64,000 nt of DNA, taken from contig CM022677.1 in assembly GCA_012295275.1 (NCBI GenBank), forward strand, positions 19,468,001-19,532,000, given 5' to 3'. Shown here piece by piece: positions 34,389 through 50,283 of this stretch; position 1 is the first letter of the stretch, and each line of letters opens with the position of its first letter. Origin of the DNA: Chrysomallon squamiferum. Its lineage: Eukaryota; Animalia; Mollusca. The notes under the pieces were generated by a model that saw nothing but the letters and a program-made list of their open reading frames with translations, searched no databases and had not been told where the DNA came from. A program made the translations under genes and the position numbers.

Positions 34389-34994
34389 CTGAAAGTAAAT
34401 AAATAAACAAATAAACAAACAAACAAACAAATAAATAAATAAATAAATGAACAAATATACAAATATACAGATGTGTGTGTGTGTGTGTGAATAAATAAAT
34501 ATGTAAATAATTTTTTTTTTAATAAATTAAATATAATTTAAGTACGTGTATGTGTGGGTGTGTAAATAAATAAATAAATAAATAAAGTCAGAAAGATAGA
34601 AAGACAGAAAGAAAAAAGACTAATAAATAAATTTGTAAAAAAAAAAGAAAGAAAAAAATTAATTTATAATAAATTATTAATTACTAAATAAACAAAAATA
34701 AAACCTCAAAAATAGTAATAACGAAAAAAAAAAAAAAAATACATAAATAAAAAATGAGAAATAAAATTCTCCATTTTTTCTCTCTCATCTTTTAATTTAT
34801 TTATTTATTTATTAATATTCTATTTTTTAAATAATGATAAACACACTTTTACATTAAACCTTATTAATAATGAAATATATATTTTCTTAACAATACAAAA
34901 GAAAACTGCAATGGCTACTTCTGCAGTATTGTGGTTGGATTGGGAAAACTGACACTGATTATTATGAAAAATACTTTGATAAGCCAACACTTAA

Positions 34995-35524
34995 GTATTT
35001 ATTCTTATTTTTGATTCCAAGTACTTCAGAAATTTCGTTTAACCCTCTCTGTTATAAAAATGCCTGTAACTTTCACCTTGGTAATATTTAAATCTGTTTA
35101 TTTAACCCTTTCTCTGTCTGCATCAAGTAACATACAAACAGACAGAGAGACACACTGTTATATATCAGTAATTAAACAGAATTGTGCAGACAGACAAACA
35201 AACACACAGACAACAAAGCAAAACTATCTCTTGTACAACAAAACAGACAGAATTTTGTTGAAAAAGTTTGTTTTATCAAGTAACAAACAAAAAGACAGAC
35301 ACTCATATCATATCATATCATATCATATCATATCCACTTGAAGAAATAAGGTTAGATTGGGAAATATAGTAACTGGTTATTATAAAACAGGTAAACTTTG
35401 ATACACTTTATCTGTTAACAAACTTAACCACTTGAAAGTTTGTTTAAAAGTCACTGAACAAGCTAAGCTCTTTTCTAAAATATCTCTGCAACCCCTACAG
35501 CACAACAAACTCTGCTTCTCTGTA

Positions 35525-35592
<68 letters not shown>

Positions 35593-37104
35593 ATAAAAAT
35601 AAAAAAATTCAGAGAAGAAAAAAAAAAGAAAGAATTAAAAAGGAAAATAATAAGAAACAAAAAATCAAATAAATTCAAGAAAAATGGATGTATCTAATTA
35701 CTGAATATTCATTTAGGAAGAAAGAAAGAGAATTAAAAAAAAATAAAAGAGGAAAAGATAAGAATGAAGAACAACTGATGAAGCTGATTCCTGAATATTC
35801 ATTTATACACTTCATTACCAGGAACTGATCTCATGACTCTTCAGATGACAAGAAAAATGTTTAACATTTCAGATAAATGTCAAAAGTGGAAGCACTTTAT
35901 TTTCTGGGACTAAATTACATTCATTTTCTTTTATATCTCTCTTTCTCTCTTTCATATTATTTTATGTATATATCTGTCTTTCTTTCTCTCTCTCTCACAT
36001 ATTTTATGTATCTCTCTCTCTCATATTATTTTATATATACGTATCTCTATTTCTCTCTCTTTCTCTCTTTCATATTCTTCTCTCTCTCTCTGGGTCTTTC
36101 GTATTCTTTCATCTCTTCCTCTCCCTCTCTCATATTTGTTTACATATATCCTTATTCTGTGTTTTCTTTCTTTTTCTCTATCTCTTTCTTTAATCTGTTT
36201 CTCTATTTTCATTCCTCCATCATTCTTCTTTTAGTCACTTTTCTCTCTTTTTCACTATCACTTCCTTTTATTCCTTCTTTCTCCCATCCTCTCTCTCTCT
36301 CTCTCCCCTCCCTCTTCCCTCTCTCACATATTAAAACTACAGCACTACTTAATTGTGTATGGATCTGTTCTTCTGCTGCCTCGCGACATTCGTGCGGATG
36401 TAAACGAGTTAGGCAAAGGAGAGCGAAGAATTAAAATATTCATTACACAGAGCTTATTTCAGTTTATCCAGTTACTCGATGAAAATCACATTGTCAGAAC
36501 TCAGTCTGCAGCAAGAACACACACTGTGTGTGTGTCGTCTTTTGTCCGTCTGTCTGTCTGTATGTCTTTTTTTCTAAATCACTCGAAGAGATAGACTTGT
36601 TCAAATGAATGGCGAGTATTTTTGTAGTACAAGATAGAGTTTTGTTTTGTTTGTCTGTCTGTGTGTCTGTGTGTGCGTGTGTGTGTGTCAGTTAATGAAA
36701 ATTTACACTGAATAAATAGTGATTATTTTGTTTTACAAGATAGTGTGTGGTTTTCTGTCTGTATGTCTGTGTGTGTTATTCAAAGAAAATTTCATTATAT
36801 GAATAAATATTGCTCAGTTTTTATAGAAAAAGTTTCTGTTTGTCTGTCTGTGTGTTACTCTATAATTAGTCATATGTGTGTGTGTAGAAGTAGACTTGTT
36901 CAAATAAATTCCGTTTGTTTTGTTGTACAAGATGCAGCTTGTTTTTGTCTGTTGTCTGTGTGTTTGTCTGTATGCATCTTACTACATAGCGAAATAAAAT
37001 AGCGTCTGTATGTGTGTCTCTGTCTGTATGTCTGTCTTTCTGTATTATACCTGTTAAAATAAAAACTGTATATTTTCTAATACAAGATACAGTTTTCTTT
37101 TTAT

Positions 37105-37148
<44 letters not shown>

Positions 37149-37449
37149 TCTTTTTGTTTGTTACATGATAAAACAGGCTTTTTCAAATAAATTCTGTCTG
37201 TTTTGTTGTACAAGACACAGTTTTGCTTTGTTGTTGTCTGTGTGTTTGTTTGTCTGTCTGCACAATTATGTTTAATTACTGATATATAATAGTGTGTCTC
37301 TCTGTCTGTTTGTATGTTACTTGGTGCAGACAGAAAAAGGGTTAAATAAATAGATTTAAACATTACCAAGGTGAAAGTTACAGGCATTTTTATAACAGAG
37401 GGTTAAACACATTTCTGAAGTACTTGGAATCAAAAATAAGAATAAATAC
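34995..37449. repeat. Pair of ~305-bp inverted repeats (34995-35302 and 37143-37449) enclosing ~1.85 kb
   Basis: GTATTTATTCTTATTTTTGATTCCAAGTACTTCAGAAAT.. and its reverse complement; both produce ORFs starting MPVTFTLV on opposite strands. Confidence 0.92.
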
Positions 37450-37465
37450 AGGTTCTCAGAGTAAG

Positions 37466-37514
<49 letters not shown>

Positions 37515-37555
37515 ATAATAATAAATAAATAAATAAATATATAAAAAACAAATAA

Positions 37556-37593
<38 letters not shown>

Positions 37594-37775
37594 TAATAAT
37601 AATAGTATTAATAATAAAATAATAACAATAATAATAATAATAAAATAATAATAATAGACAAAATAATAATAAAGATAGTAATAATAAATAAATAAAATAA
37701 TAATAATAATATTAATGTAAAAACAACGTTTGAAAAAGAAGAAATATCTAAATCTATTAAATAAGAATCAGCCAC

Positions 37776-37963
37776 ACCAATAAGAATCTAACATTATAAA
37801 ACACCCCATCACCCCAACCACCACAACCAACAACTACAACAACAACTACTACTACAACTACAACAACAGCTGCAGTCGTAGCTGTTCTTAATAACATCTG
37901 CCACGAGGAGGAATTGAAATAGAACAAAGTCAATAAAATAAACATGAGTATTCCGAGTGACCC

Positions 37964-38037
<74 letters not shown>

Positions 38038-38179
38038 CTGAAATCCAAGTTAATGAGTGTTTTAAGGAAACAGAGAGAGAAATTTTTTAATTATTTATAA
38101 CAAGACAGAGAAAATAAATAAAGAAATATATATATAAAAAATAAATAAATATAATAATAATAAATAAATAAATAAATAA

Positions 38180-38222
<43 letters not shown>

Positions 38223-38992
38223 TAATAATAATAGTACTAATAATAGTAATAATAATAAAATAATAACAATAGTAATAATAATAAAATAATAATAAACAAA
38301 TAAAATAATAATAAAGAGAGTAATAAGAAATAAATAATAATAATAATAATAATAATAGTGTAAAAACAACAACAAAAAAAGATGAAAAAGAAGAAATGTC
38401 TAAATCTATGAAATCTCAACCACACGTTTTTTTTTTTCGTTTTTTTTCCACATCATCATAACGACATCAACAGCACTGAAGTTTTGATTTATAGCTACCG
38501 TCGTCGCGGCAACCTGTTCCTCCAATCTTTAACCCATCAACTTTAATCACTCGATTTATCAATTTTCACTAAACTGGGTCTCGAAGACGATGCCCACGAT
38601 GCGAAAAACGGCGAATGTTGGCGACGTGGTAAATCGGAAATAACCAATTTCCTGTCGGCGTGAAAATTTTTTTTGTTTTGTTTTGTTTGTGCTCCGGCAA
38701 ATTTCGGAGGAATTAACAATGCAAAGAAGAAGAAAAGCTGATGGTAATGGAAATGAGTATTTTTGTAAGCACCGATGTTGTTGTTTTTTTTGATTAAACA
38801 GAGCTGGTAATTATGGGAAGACAAAATAAATAAACAAAAAATGAAAAGTAAATAAAGTGTTTGTTGAGTTTTGCTGTTTTTTGTGTAAATATTGATAATC
38901 GTAAACGATAAAATAATTGTAAATGATAAAATAATTGTAAATGATAAAATAATTGTAAATGATAAAATAATGACAGTAATAATAATAATGAC

Positions 38993-39035
<43 letters not shown>

Positions 39036-39595
39036 TTCAAAATAATAATGACAAGAGTAATACCAATAATAATAGAAATAACAATAATATTAAATATAAT
39101 CACAAATAATAATAAAAATAGCAATAACAATAAAAATAACAATAATAATAATAACAATAATAATAATAATAGTGACAATAATAATTAATACTTAATGAAT
39201 ATTACAATGATAATAATAATAATAAAAATAATAATAACAGTAATAAAATAACAACAATAATAAAAATAACAATTATGAAAAAAAAAAAAAAAAAAAAAAA
39301 AAAAAACACCCAATAAGAATCTAACATTATAAAACACCCCAACCACCACCACCAACCACCACCAACAACAACTACAACAACAACAACTACAACAACAGCT
39401 GCAGTCGTAGCTGTTCTTAATAACATCTGCCACGAGGAGGAATTGAAATAGAACAAAGTCAATAAAATAAACATGAGTATTCCGAGTGACCCAGAGACAG
39501 AGAGAGAGAGAGAGAGAAAACTGAAATCCAAGTTAATGAGTGTTTTAAGGAAACAGAGAGAGAAATTTTTTTAATTATTTATAACAAGACAGAGA
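37776..39595. repeat. Near-identical ~290-335-bp direct duplication (37776-38112 and 39309-39595)
   Basis: Identical unique cores (ACAGCTGCAGTCGTAGCTGTTCTTAATAACATCTGCCACGAGGAGG..TTATAACAAGACAGAGAA); differences almost confined to the microsatellite tracts. Confidence 0.92.
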
Positions 39596-39791
39596 AGATC
39601 TGTACGTGCTGAAGTAATGGATTCAGTTCCAGGTCGATTGTGAAAGGAAATACACAAAAAGAGAGGAGAAGAAATTTAAATGGAATACGAAAAAAGAAGA
39701 ATGGGAAATGAGATGAAGAGATAGAAACAGATTGTGAATTTAATTTAGAGTGGGTGGATTGATGAGGTGATGAAGAGGGAGGCAGACTCAC

Positions 39792-39905
39792 CGATGAGAG
39801 GGTTCTTGCGAAGGTCAAGGACAACAAGGGTCGTGTTGTATTTGAGGACTTCGTTGAACATCTGAGCTCCTTTTGTAGAAATACCACATGTCTGTAGATC
39901 TAACG
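39792..39905 (-). CDS. CEP78: CEP78 LRR exon ([29 protein letters not shown])
   Basis: Matches human [29 protein letters not shown]; acceptor TTGCAG, donor G|GTGAGT; phase 1-1. Confidence 0.95.
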
Positions 39906-39963
39906 CTGCAACAGCAACAACAACAACAACAATAATAACAACAATAATAACAATAATAATAAC

Positions 39964-40011
<48 letters not shown>

Positions 40012-40024
40012 CAATAACAATAAC

Positions 40025-40097
<73 letters not shown>

Positions 40098-42229
40098 GTA
40101 ATAACAATAATAATAACAATAACAATAGTAACAATAATAATAATAATAATAGTAATAACAATAATAGTAATAATAATAATAACAATAACAATAATAATAT
40201 TAATAATAATAATAACAATAACAATGATAGAAACAATCATAATAATAATAATAATAACAGTAATAATAATAATAATAACAGATCATAATAGTAACAATAA
40301 TAATAATAATAATAATAATAAAAATGATGATGATGATGATGATGATGATGATAATAGTAATGATGATGATGATAATGGAAATGATGACGATAACAATACT
40401 ACTACTACTACTTCTACTACTAATAATAACAGAAGCAATAATAATAATAGTTCTAAAGTTATTACGTATGTACTAGAAAATTCAAAACTGTAGAAGCATA
40501 CAACACCAGAAACAGACTGATGTAAATATATATATATATATATTTACATCTATAAAGATTGTTTTATAACTGAATATATGAAGACACTCCAAAGATTCTG
40601 CTATGTCTAAATAGGTTATTATGAGTTCTAAAAGTCCTTATGTAGTAATTTGAGAGTTCAGAATGTCTTGAGGCATACAGCACCAGATATGGACTGATTT
40701 TTAAAAATATATATATATATATATATATATGAAGACTGCTTTGTAACTAAATATTTGAAGATACTCCAAGTATTATAACTAATTACAAGTTCTAAAAGTC
40801 TGTATGTAGGTACAGGATGATTTAAAACTGTGTGGCAGACACATACATACATACGTACATCTGGAATTTGTACAGAACTGATTACAAATTTTATTTGACA
40901 TACATTCTGATAGAAATATACTTTAAAGTTACTTTTACAGACAGGGTATCTATAAAGAAAAAAAAAAAAAACAAGAACTCAAGAAATAAACTTACTATTT
41001 ATTTAATAACGCCTCAAAATTTAATGGGTTCTTTTATTTTCGTCCTGATGAAACCAAACGTAATCGCGTTATAAATTTATATTTTCGTTATCACGTTTGC
41101 GCGAAATTTCTCTTCATCTGTATGTCTGTCTGTCTGTCTGTTATTAAATTTTAACAACAGATCACCGGTAATGCTGACACCGCGATCTCTCCCTTGGTCT
41201 GTATGTCTGTCTGTCTGTCTGTGTGTGTTATCAGATTACAAATTTTTCAATTACTTGAAAAGTGTGGGTCTTTGTTTTGACTATGTAATTGCTTTTTTTT
41301 TCTGCTTTTTTTAAAGATATTTTCTTTTAAATTCTTGTCACAACTCTTCTCTCCAAGAAAAATAATGAAAAAAAAAAAAAATAAAGAGTCTTTTCAGTTC
41401 TGGACAAAATAAAATGAATGTTTGTCTGACTATACGTCTTTGACTGTTTGATAAATTGGCGTTGAGCTGGAAATTTTTTTTTCAAAGCCTGAGCCATGAT
41501 GTGAGATCAAGAGTCAAATAAATCAATCAATAAAAAAAATAATAAACAAACAAATAAATAAATAAATCAATAAATAAATGAATGAATGAATGAATTAGTG
41601 AATGAATGAGTAAGCAAGTAAGCAAGTAAGCAAGTAAGTAAGTAAGTAAGTAAATAAGTAAGAAAGAAAATAAATAAATAAATAAATAAATAAGCAAATA
41701 AATAAATAAATAAATATGTCAATAAATAAATAAATAATAATGACGACAACAACAATGATGATGATGATGTTGCTGATACTGTTATTATTACTACTTCTGC
41801 TTTTGCTACTGTTTTTACTATTACTACTACTACTTCTACCACATCACTGAAAAAAAAAGAAGAAAAAAAAGAAGAAATAAAAAAATAATCCATCTGTCTC
41901 ATCCATCCATCATTCTGTCACTCTGTCTGTCTGTTTTGTCTGTCTGCCTGTTCTGTCACTCTGTCTGTCTGTTTTGTCTGTCTGCCTGTTCTGTCACTCT
42001 GTCTGTCTATTATGTCACTGTCTATTCTGTCACTCTGTCTGTCTGTCTGTTCTGTCACTCTTTCTGTCTGTCTATTCTGTCACTCTGTCTGTCTGTCCTG
42101 TCACTGTCTGTTCTGTCACTCTGTCTGTCCTGTCTGTCTGTCTCTCACTCTTTCTGTCTGTCACTCTGTTCTGTCTGTCTGTCTCTCTCTGTCTGTCTGT
42201 CTGTCTGTGTGTCTGTGTGTTTAAATTAC

Positions 42230-42404
42230 CTTTCAGCCACAGATCATCTTTGAGCGCCTCTGCGAGGATGCAGGCCCCCTGGTCGCCGAGCAGGGGGTTG
42301 TTGTTGATGATGATGCGACGCAGGCCGGACATGCGGTCGAGGTCGGGGCGCCGGTAGCGCAGACTGTCACGCCACGCCTCGCTGTGCCTCTTCATCGCCT
42401 GGTG
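42230..42404 (-). CDS. CEP78: CEP78 LRR exon ([37 protein letters not shown]); most 5' exon found in the window
   Basis: Matches human [39 protein letters not shown]; acceptor TTTCAG, donor G|GTAATT. Confidence 0.96.
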
Positions 42405-42551
42405 CTGAAACGAGCGAGAATACTCATTTAAATACATTGCCAATTCCAACCAATCCTCTGGGCGTGGTCTTCATTTTACGTCTATTTTACATTTAGTAGT
42501 ATTACCACCACTGCTACAACCACTCTACCACTACTACTATTACTACCACTA

Positions 42552-42608
<57 letters not shown>

Positions 42609-42692
42609 TTACTACCACCACTACTACCACTACTACTACTACTACTATCACTACTATTACTACTACTACTACCACTACTACTACTACTACTA

Positions 42693-42801
<109 letters not shown>

Positions 42802-42803
42802 CA

Positions 42804-42844
<41 letters not shown>

Positions 42845-43271
42845 GCTGTTGCTACTACTGCTGTTATCCATTTAAGCTGTAATGCATTTAATCCTTGCTG
42901 TGTACATCCCATCCAAGCTTCATTCAATTATTCATTCATTCATTCATTCATTCATTCATTCAATCGTCTATTCCTTTCAAATTGACCTCCTCTAAAATAA
43001 AAAATCCAAATAAAAGAACAAAATGAGAGAAAAAAAAGAGAGTGTTGACTATATAAAAAAACTCACAAATCAATTTTATCCGTTTGTGTTTTTATTTTTT
43101 TTTTGAAAAAATGAAAAAAAAAAAAAGATAAAAAAAAAAAAAAAAAAAAGATTAAAAAACACAACACAAAAATACAAAATGTGATAAACCTTCACTACAG
43201 AAGATAACTCGCACATTAATTAAATCTATAAAAAAAAAGAAAAAAAAAAAAGAAAAAAAAAAAAAAAGAAC

Positions 43272-43308
<37 letters not shown>

Positions 43309-43689
43309 TAAAATAAAATAAAATAAAATAAAATAAAATACTGAGAAGAAAGAAAGAAGAAAAAACTACTTTACGACTTTGCCTTCAAGTCGGATGTAAA
43401 GAACTGGCTAAGATATTTCTTGCTTTTTTAATAATTTACTTCGTGTTCTAGATTGATGTATGATCTCATATGACACACACACACACAAAAAAAATGCCTG
43501 GGGGGGTGGTCTGCAGAGCAGCTGTTTCCAGGGTAGTGGTACAAGACAGGAAATTAAAAAGATGTTTTCAGGAAGCTTTTGTCTGAAAATAGTATGTCGG
43601 TTTTGTGAGTAATGTTTTATGGAGAGTTCAGTACATTTTTGGAAAAAAAAAAAAAAAAAAAAAAAAAAGATTTAATGTGTGTGTCTGCA

Positions 43690-43720
<31 letters not shown>

Positions 43721-43757
43721 TTTAAAATAGTGAGTAATTTTCTGGATGTTTTAGTAG

Positions 43758-43788
<31 letters not shown>

Positions 43789-43974
43789 CAAAAAAAAACT
43801 GATTTAGTTTATGTGTGTTTTGTATGTGTGTGTGTGTGTTACTTTGTTTGTGTGTGTATGTATTTTTATGTTAGTGTGCATATGAATGTATATATATATA
43901 TATATGTATGTATGTATATATGTGTATTTGTGTATGAGTGTGTGCATGTGTGACAGAGATACAGATAGAAAGAC

Positions 43975-44005
<31 letters not shown>

Positions 44006-44433
44006 AATCAAAGAACAACAAAATTACAAAAAAAAAAAGAAATAACAATATATTTTAACAGCAGATGAAGAAAAAAAAGAACAGAACCACTATTAAACTC
44101 AGCTAACTACACAGATGACTTTGTTAATGTTACTTCCATTTATCATTTAGGAAAAAAAAACCTGCTTGCATCAAAGTGACAAAGTAACTGAAAGTGATGT
44201 CACACAGAGAATTCCCATTAAACTGGAATGACAGGGGATAACTACAGTGCGATAAGTAAATAAATAAATAAATAAATAAATAAAAGTGTGTGAGAGAGAA
44301 AGTCAGTGAGAGTCAGTGAGTAAAAGAAAGAGAGATTAAGAACAGAAGTAATGCGATACGACAAATCAACCAAAAAAAATAAAAAAATAAGATAATAAAT
44401 AAAAGGTTTTGATGAGAAATGTAAAGGTCACTT

Positions 44434-44497
<64 letters not shown>

Positions 44498-44616
44498 GTT
44501 TCTATTTCTTTCTTTCTTCCTCTCTGTCATTCTCTATTCTTTCAATCTGTCTTTCTATTTGTTTTGTCTCTGTTCTTTATTCTTTTTCTCAGTCTGCTTT
44601 CTTTCTTTTTATTTTG

Positions 44617-44671
<55 letters not shown>

Positions 44672-44780
44672 CACACACTTATTTTTCTTCTCTCTGTTCC
44701 TTTGTAATTTTTTTCTGCCAACAACTGTTTCTTTTTTTTCTTTTCCTTCAAATTTTAATTTTTCTTTCTTTCTTCTGTCA

Positions 44781-44880
<100 letters not shown>

Positions 44881-44951
44881 CCATCTTCTCTCTCTCCTCT
44901 CTTCTCTCTCTCTCCTCTCCCTCTCTCTCTCTCTCTTTCTCTCTTCTCTCT

Positions 44952-44992
<41 letters not shown>

Positions 44993-44998
44993 CTCCCT

Positions 44999-45108
<110 letters not shown>

Positions 45109-45484
45109 TGTCTCTCTATATGTCACTCTCCTCTTAGGCTCTTTCCTTTATTATTGTTCTCTTCATACACACATATATATATACACACATACATACATAC
45201 ATACAAACATACATACATACATACATACATACATACATACATACATACATACATACAAACATACATACATACATACATACATACATACATACATACATAC
45301 ATACATACATACATACATACATACATACATACATACATACAAACATACATACATGTACACATACATACATACATACATTTACATACATACATACAAACAT
45401 ATATATATGTGTGTGGACTTGACATTTTATTAAAACTGCTGAAATCAATTTCACTCGAGTTTACACGTTACGTCACTCATTCTC

Positions 45485-45515
<31 letters not shown>

Positions 45516-45699
45516 CAGAGGAATGGATAAGAAATCCACAAGAATGGATCTGGCTGGATCAATGCTAACCGTATCAGCATTTGTCACGTTGAAACGTCAG
45601 GTCTGTGTAAACTGAAGCTAATATTTAGAACAAACACATCTGACTGGGCAATTACTCCCAGCAGCATCGGAATTACACATACTTTATTTATTGGAGAGG

Positions 45700-45830
<131 letters not shown>

Positions 45831-46007
45831 GGAGAGAGAGAGAGAAAGAGAGGGAAGGACGGAGGAAAAAAGAGATGAGAAAAAGAAAAAGAATGAGATA
45901 GAAAGAAAAAGATACTGCAAAGTGAAAAGAAAGACAGAGAAAGAGAGAAAAAAAACTACAGAAAAACAAGTGAATTATAGAGACAAAGAGAGTAAAAGAT
46001 AGAGGGG

Positions 46008-46120
<113 letters not shown>

Positions 46121-46293
46121 CATTCTAAAGTTCAACTTCAGAATGTCTGCATGTATGTCTGTATTAACTTTAACACATGATTTTCAGAAATACATTTCCA
46201 CTTTCTACAACCCCCAGCACCCATACACCCACCCACACAACACACACACAACACACACAGTCACACACACACACACACACAATCACACACACA

Positions 46294-46331
<38 letters not shown>

Positions 46332-46479
46332 CCCACACAACACACACACACACACAACACACAACACACACACACACACACACACACAACACACAACACA
46401 CACACAACACACAACATACACCCACCCACACAACACACAACACACAACACACACACACAACACACACACACACACACAG

Positions 46480-46528
<49 letters not shown>

Positions 46529-46769
46529 CCCACACAACACACACACACACACTGAAAAACGTAGAAATTTTTTTTTTTTGTCTGTGGTATAATACTGAGT
46601 GTGAAACCAGCAAAACAGAAATAAATGACCAGTCACTGACCAGTGTCTGACCAGTGGCTGACCAGTGTCTGACCAGGTGATAATGAAACACGGTTTGAAG
46701 TGTTAACAGAGCTGATGACGTTACACTGGTCTGGTTAGTAACAAGTCTTAAACCAGTTTTACTTTTACT

Positions 46770-47230
46770 CTGGTTAAGCTGTAACTGGAAGGTTCATGGA
46801 TCAACCCCTGGCACCGATTTCTGTTCCTAATCAGCTTATTATCTTCTCTCTAACAAACTAACGTTCTAACTTGTTAACACACTAACAGAAAATATGGTAA
46901 TAAACCTTTTATTTATTTATAATACAGTTAAGCTGTCTACTTCAAGACTGGCAGGTACCTGGATCCATTCCTCAATACAGAATTAGTCTAATATTTAGTC
47001 TAATTACAATTAGTCTAATATTTTTGTAACTAACAATCTAACATGCTTTTCTTTCCTAACATTTTAACATACTAACACAATGCACTGTCTGTTGTGGTTA
47101 AGCTCTCTGTGTTAAAACTGACAGATACCTGGATCAACTCCTTGAAGCAGCCTCTGCAGTAACTTTTTTTTTTTTCACAGATGATCTAACCTGCTATTAT
47201 TTCTAACATTATAAACACATTAACAGTATC
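46770..47230 (+). mobile_element. Three degenerate ~160-170-bp units resembling tRNA-headed SINE remnants
   Basis: Repeated (G)GTTAAGCT.T..CTG...GGATCAAC.CCT..CTAAC..TAACA at ~46770, ~46926 and ~47095; weak A-box/B-box-like motifs. Confidence 0.35.
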
Positions 47231-47291
<61 letters not shown>

Positions 47292-47888
47292 AACATTTAA
47301 ATCAAAAACAACAAAATCAAATAAAAATAAAATATTAGTTGTTATTATATTTTTTGTTGTTGTTATTGTTATTACTGCTATTTTTGTTGTTAATGTAATC
47401 AAAATAAAAAAAATCTATAATTACTTCATATTTCCTGTAGTGAAAAATTCATTAAAAAAAAAAAAAAAAAGCATTAATTTTTTTTTTGTTTTATAATTTT
47501 AAAATTTTCTTTTAAACTTTTAATTTGTTTTTGTTATTACAACAAATGACATTTTAATTTCATACAGAAATTCTTTAAATAGAAAATCTAGCATCAATCT
47601 GAAAAAAAAAAAAGTAATTAAAAAAAAAAATAAAGTTAAAGAAAATATCATTTTAATCACAAAGAAAAAATAGCTAATTTTGAATTCAAGTAGACTGGAA
47701 AAACACACACATACATGCATCTACAGACACACACATGTATGACACATACACATCATACATGCACACATACAGATATACACATCAAATACAGTTATTTATC
47801 ATAACAAAAAAGTTAACTGTCTACACAGCTTATTTTAAAAAATCAAATGAGGAAAAAAAAAATAAAATAATAATAATAATAATAATAA

Positions 47889-47919
<31 letters not shown>

Positions 47920-48046
47920 AAATAAATAAATAAAATTTAATAAATAAATAAATAAAAATAAATAAATAATTAAATAAATAAATAAGTAAAAATAAATAAA
48001 TAATTAAATAAATAAATAAATAAATAAGAAAAAATAAATAAATATA

Positions 48047-48097
<51 letters not shown>

Positions 48098-48098
48098 C

Positions 48099-48141
<43 letters not shown>

Positions 48142-48856
48142 AGAATAAAAAGGAAATCTAAACTATCACAATAACTGCAGTGCAAACTAAAAAAAATATC
48201 CTTTGTCAATAAACAAAATTAAAAAAGAAGAAAAAGAAAGAAAAAATAAGAAACTTAATCAACAGATAAAAAAGATAACAAAACAAAAACAAGAAGACTA
48301 TTAAAACAGGTAATAATAATAAAAGGAAAAAAAAAAATTAATGGATTCGATTTTCTTTTTGTACAGTAAAATGAAACTGAATACTTTAAATTCTTTTATT
48401 CCTCCAAGAGCAATCTCCACAGCAAATGCAATAATAATAAAAACGTCATCAACTGCTAAAAATAGAAACAAAAGACAAAACCAAGCCATAAAGTTAAAAC
48501 GCCATCTGCCACTAAAAACAGAAGACGAAACCAAACCATAAAAGATAAACAGAAAAATATTTTTCTGTTGTTTACTGTTTGTTTGTTTTAGTTGTTATGT
48601 AATATTAGTGATGCTGTTGTTGTTGTTGTTGCTGTTACTATTAAAATATTTCAGTTATTTTGCTAATATTTAACCACAGTGATAATTTTTCTATTTTTCA
48701 TATTTTTACTTTTTTTCTTTTATGTTCTCAGTTGCTCTCTCTCTCTCTCTCTCTCTCTCCCCCATCTTTTTCCTTTCTTTCTCTTTCTGTTCTATCATTT
48801 TTTCCTCCTTCATCTTTCTCTCCCACTCATTCTTTCTCTCATTCTATAACATTTCT

Positions 48857-48957
<101 letters not shown>

Positions 48958-49261
48958 CCTCCCTCTCATACATAAAAAGGACTGGCATTACTTAAACACA
49001 CAGATTTGTCAGCTGGATTTTTCAGGATTTCCTGAGACTGAGAAAAATGCACACAAAGCAGAGAATTCTGAAAGCAGAGAAATACCAATGAGAGAAACGC
49101 GAAACTGGTCTGGAGCGTTTAAGCTAATGAAATTGGACTGAACTGAATACTGACCAGAAATGTGATGTTTGGTATTCATAACACACCCAGTGAAATGTCT
49201 GCTTATTAGATTAGTTTCTGGGTCTGATCAGTGCTGCAAGGAAAGAGAAATAGGCTGGATG

Positions 49262-49337
<76 letters not shown>

Positions 49338-50246
49338 AGAGAGACATAGTGAGAAATAGAGAGAAAGAAAGAGAAAGGAGAGAAAAAAAAAGAAAGAGAG
49401 AAAGAAAGAAAAAGAGAAAAAGAGATAAAGAGAGATACAGAAAGATGGAGACAATTACAGAGAAAGAAACAGAGAGAGAGAGAAAGGTAAGAGAAAGGAA
49501 GAGTAAAAAAAACAAAAACAGATAGAATATTAAAAGAGACACTGATATTTTTATGTGTATGGTATATTTATGACAAAGACAGATAGGCAGAGACAAACAG
49601 ATGTGTGTTATACATAGAATATTTAACATGTTTCTATATAATACCAAGCTGTATTCAATACCCAGATCTAATACAAGATAGTAACCTAGCACCAGACTGA
49701 TCACAGCTTTATACCAGCACTAAATATTAAAATATTCACAATGAAAAATTCTTCAGGGTGATTTACAAAGCAAGTGAACCATGATGCACTTGAAATACAA
49801 TACATCTCTACAAATACAAATCACGTGAAGACAAACACACAGACTGACAGAAAGACAGACAGACAAATACGTAATGTTGTTCATAGGTTTTGATTTGATA
49901 ATGCACCAATATAGAACATTGGTTTATAAAAAAAAAAAAACTGTTGTAAAGACAAACACACTGACAGACAGACACATACAGATATAAACTGATTATGCAC
50001 CAACAGAGAATGTTTGTCTGTAAATACAATAGTCATAAAGACTAACACAGACTTGTAACCAAAACTGCTAATATGATGATACACCAATGATACAATAATA
50101 TACAATATATCTCGACAAATACAACATCTTGTACAGACAAACACATAGACAGACAGAGAGATACTTATAACCAAACCTGCTAATAAGATGATACACCAAT
50201 GATACAATAATATACAATATAAGTCTACAAATACAACATCTTGTAA

Positions 50247-50283
<37 letters not shown>

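Noticed and set aside
35060-37387. Two ORFs starting MPVTFTLV as a paralogous gene pair
   Set aside because: By-products of the inverted repeat arms that run into simple repeats; no coding signature.
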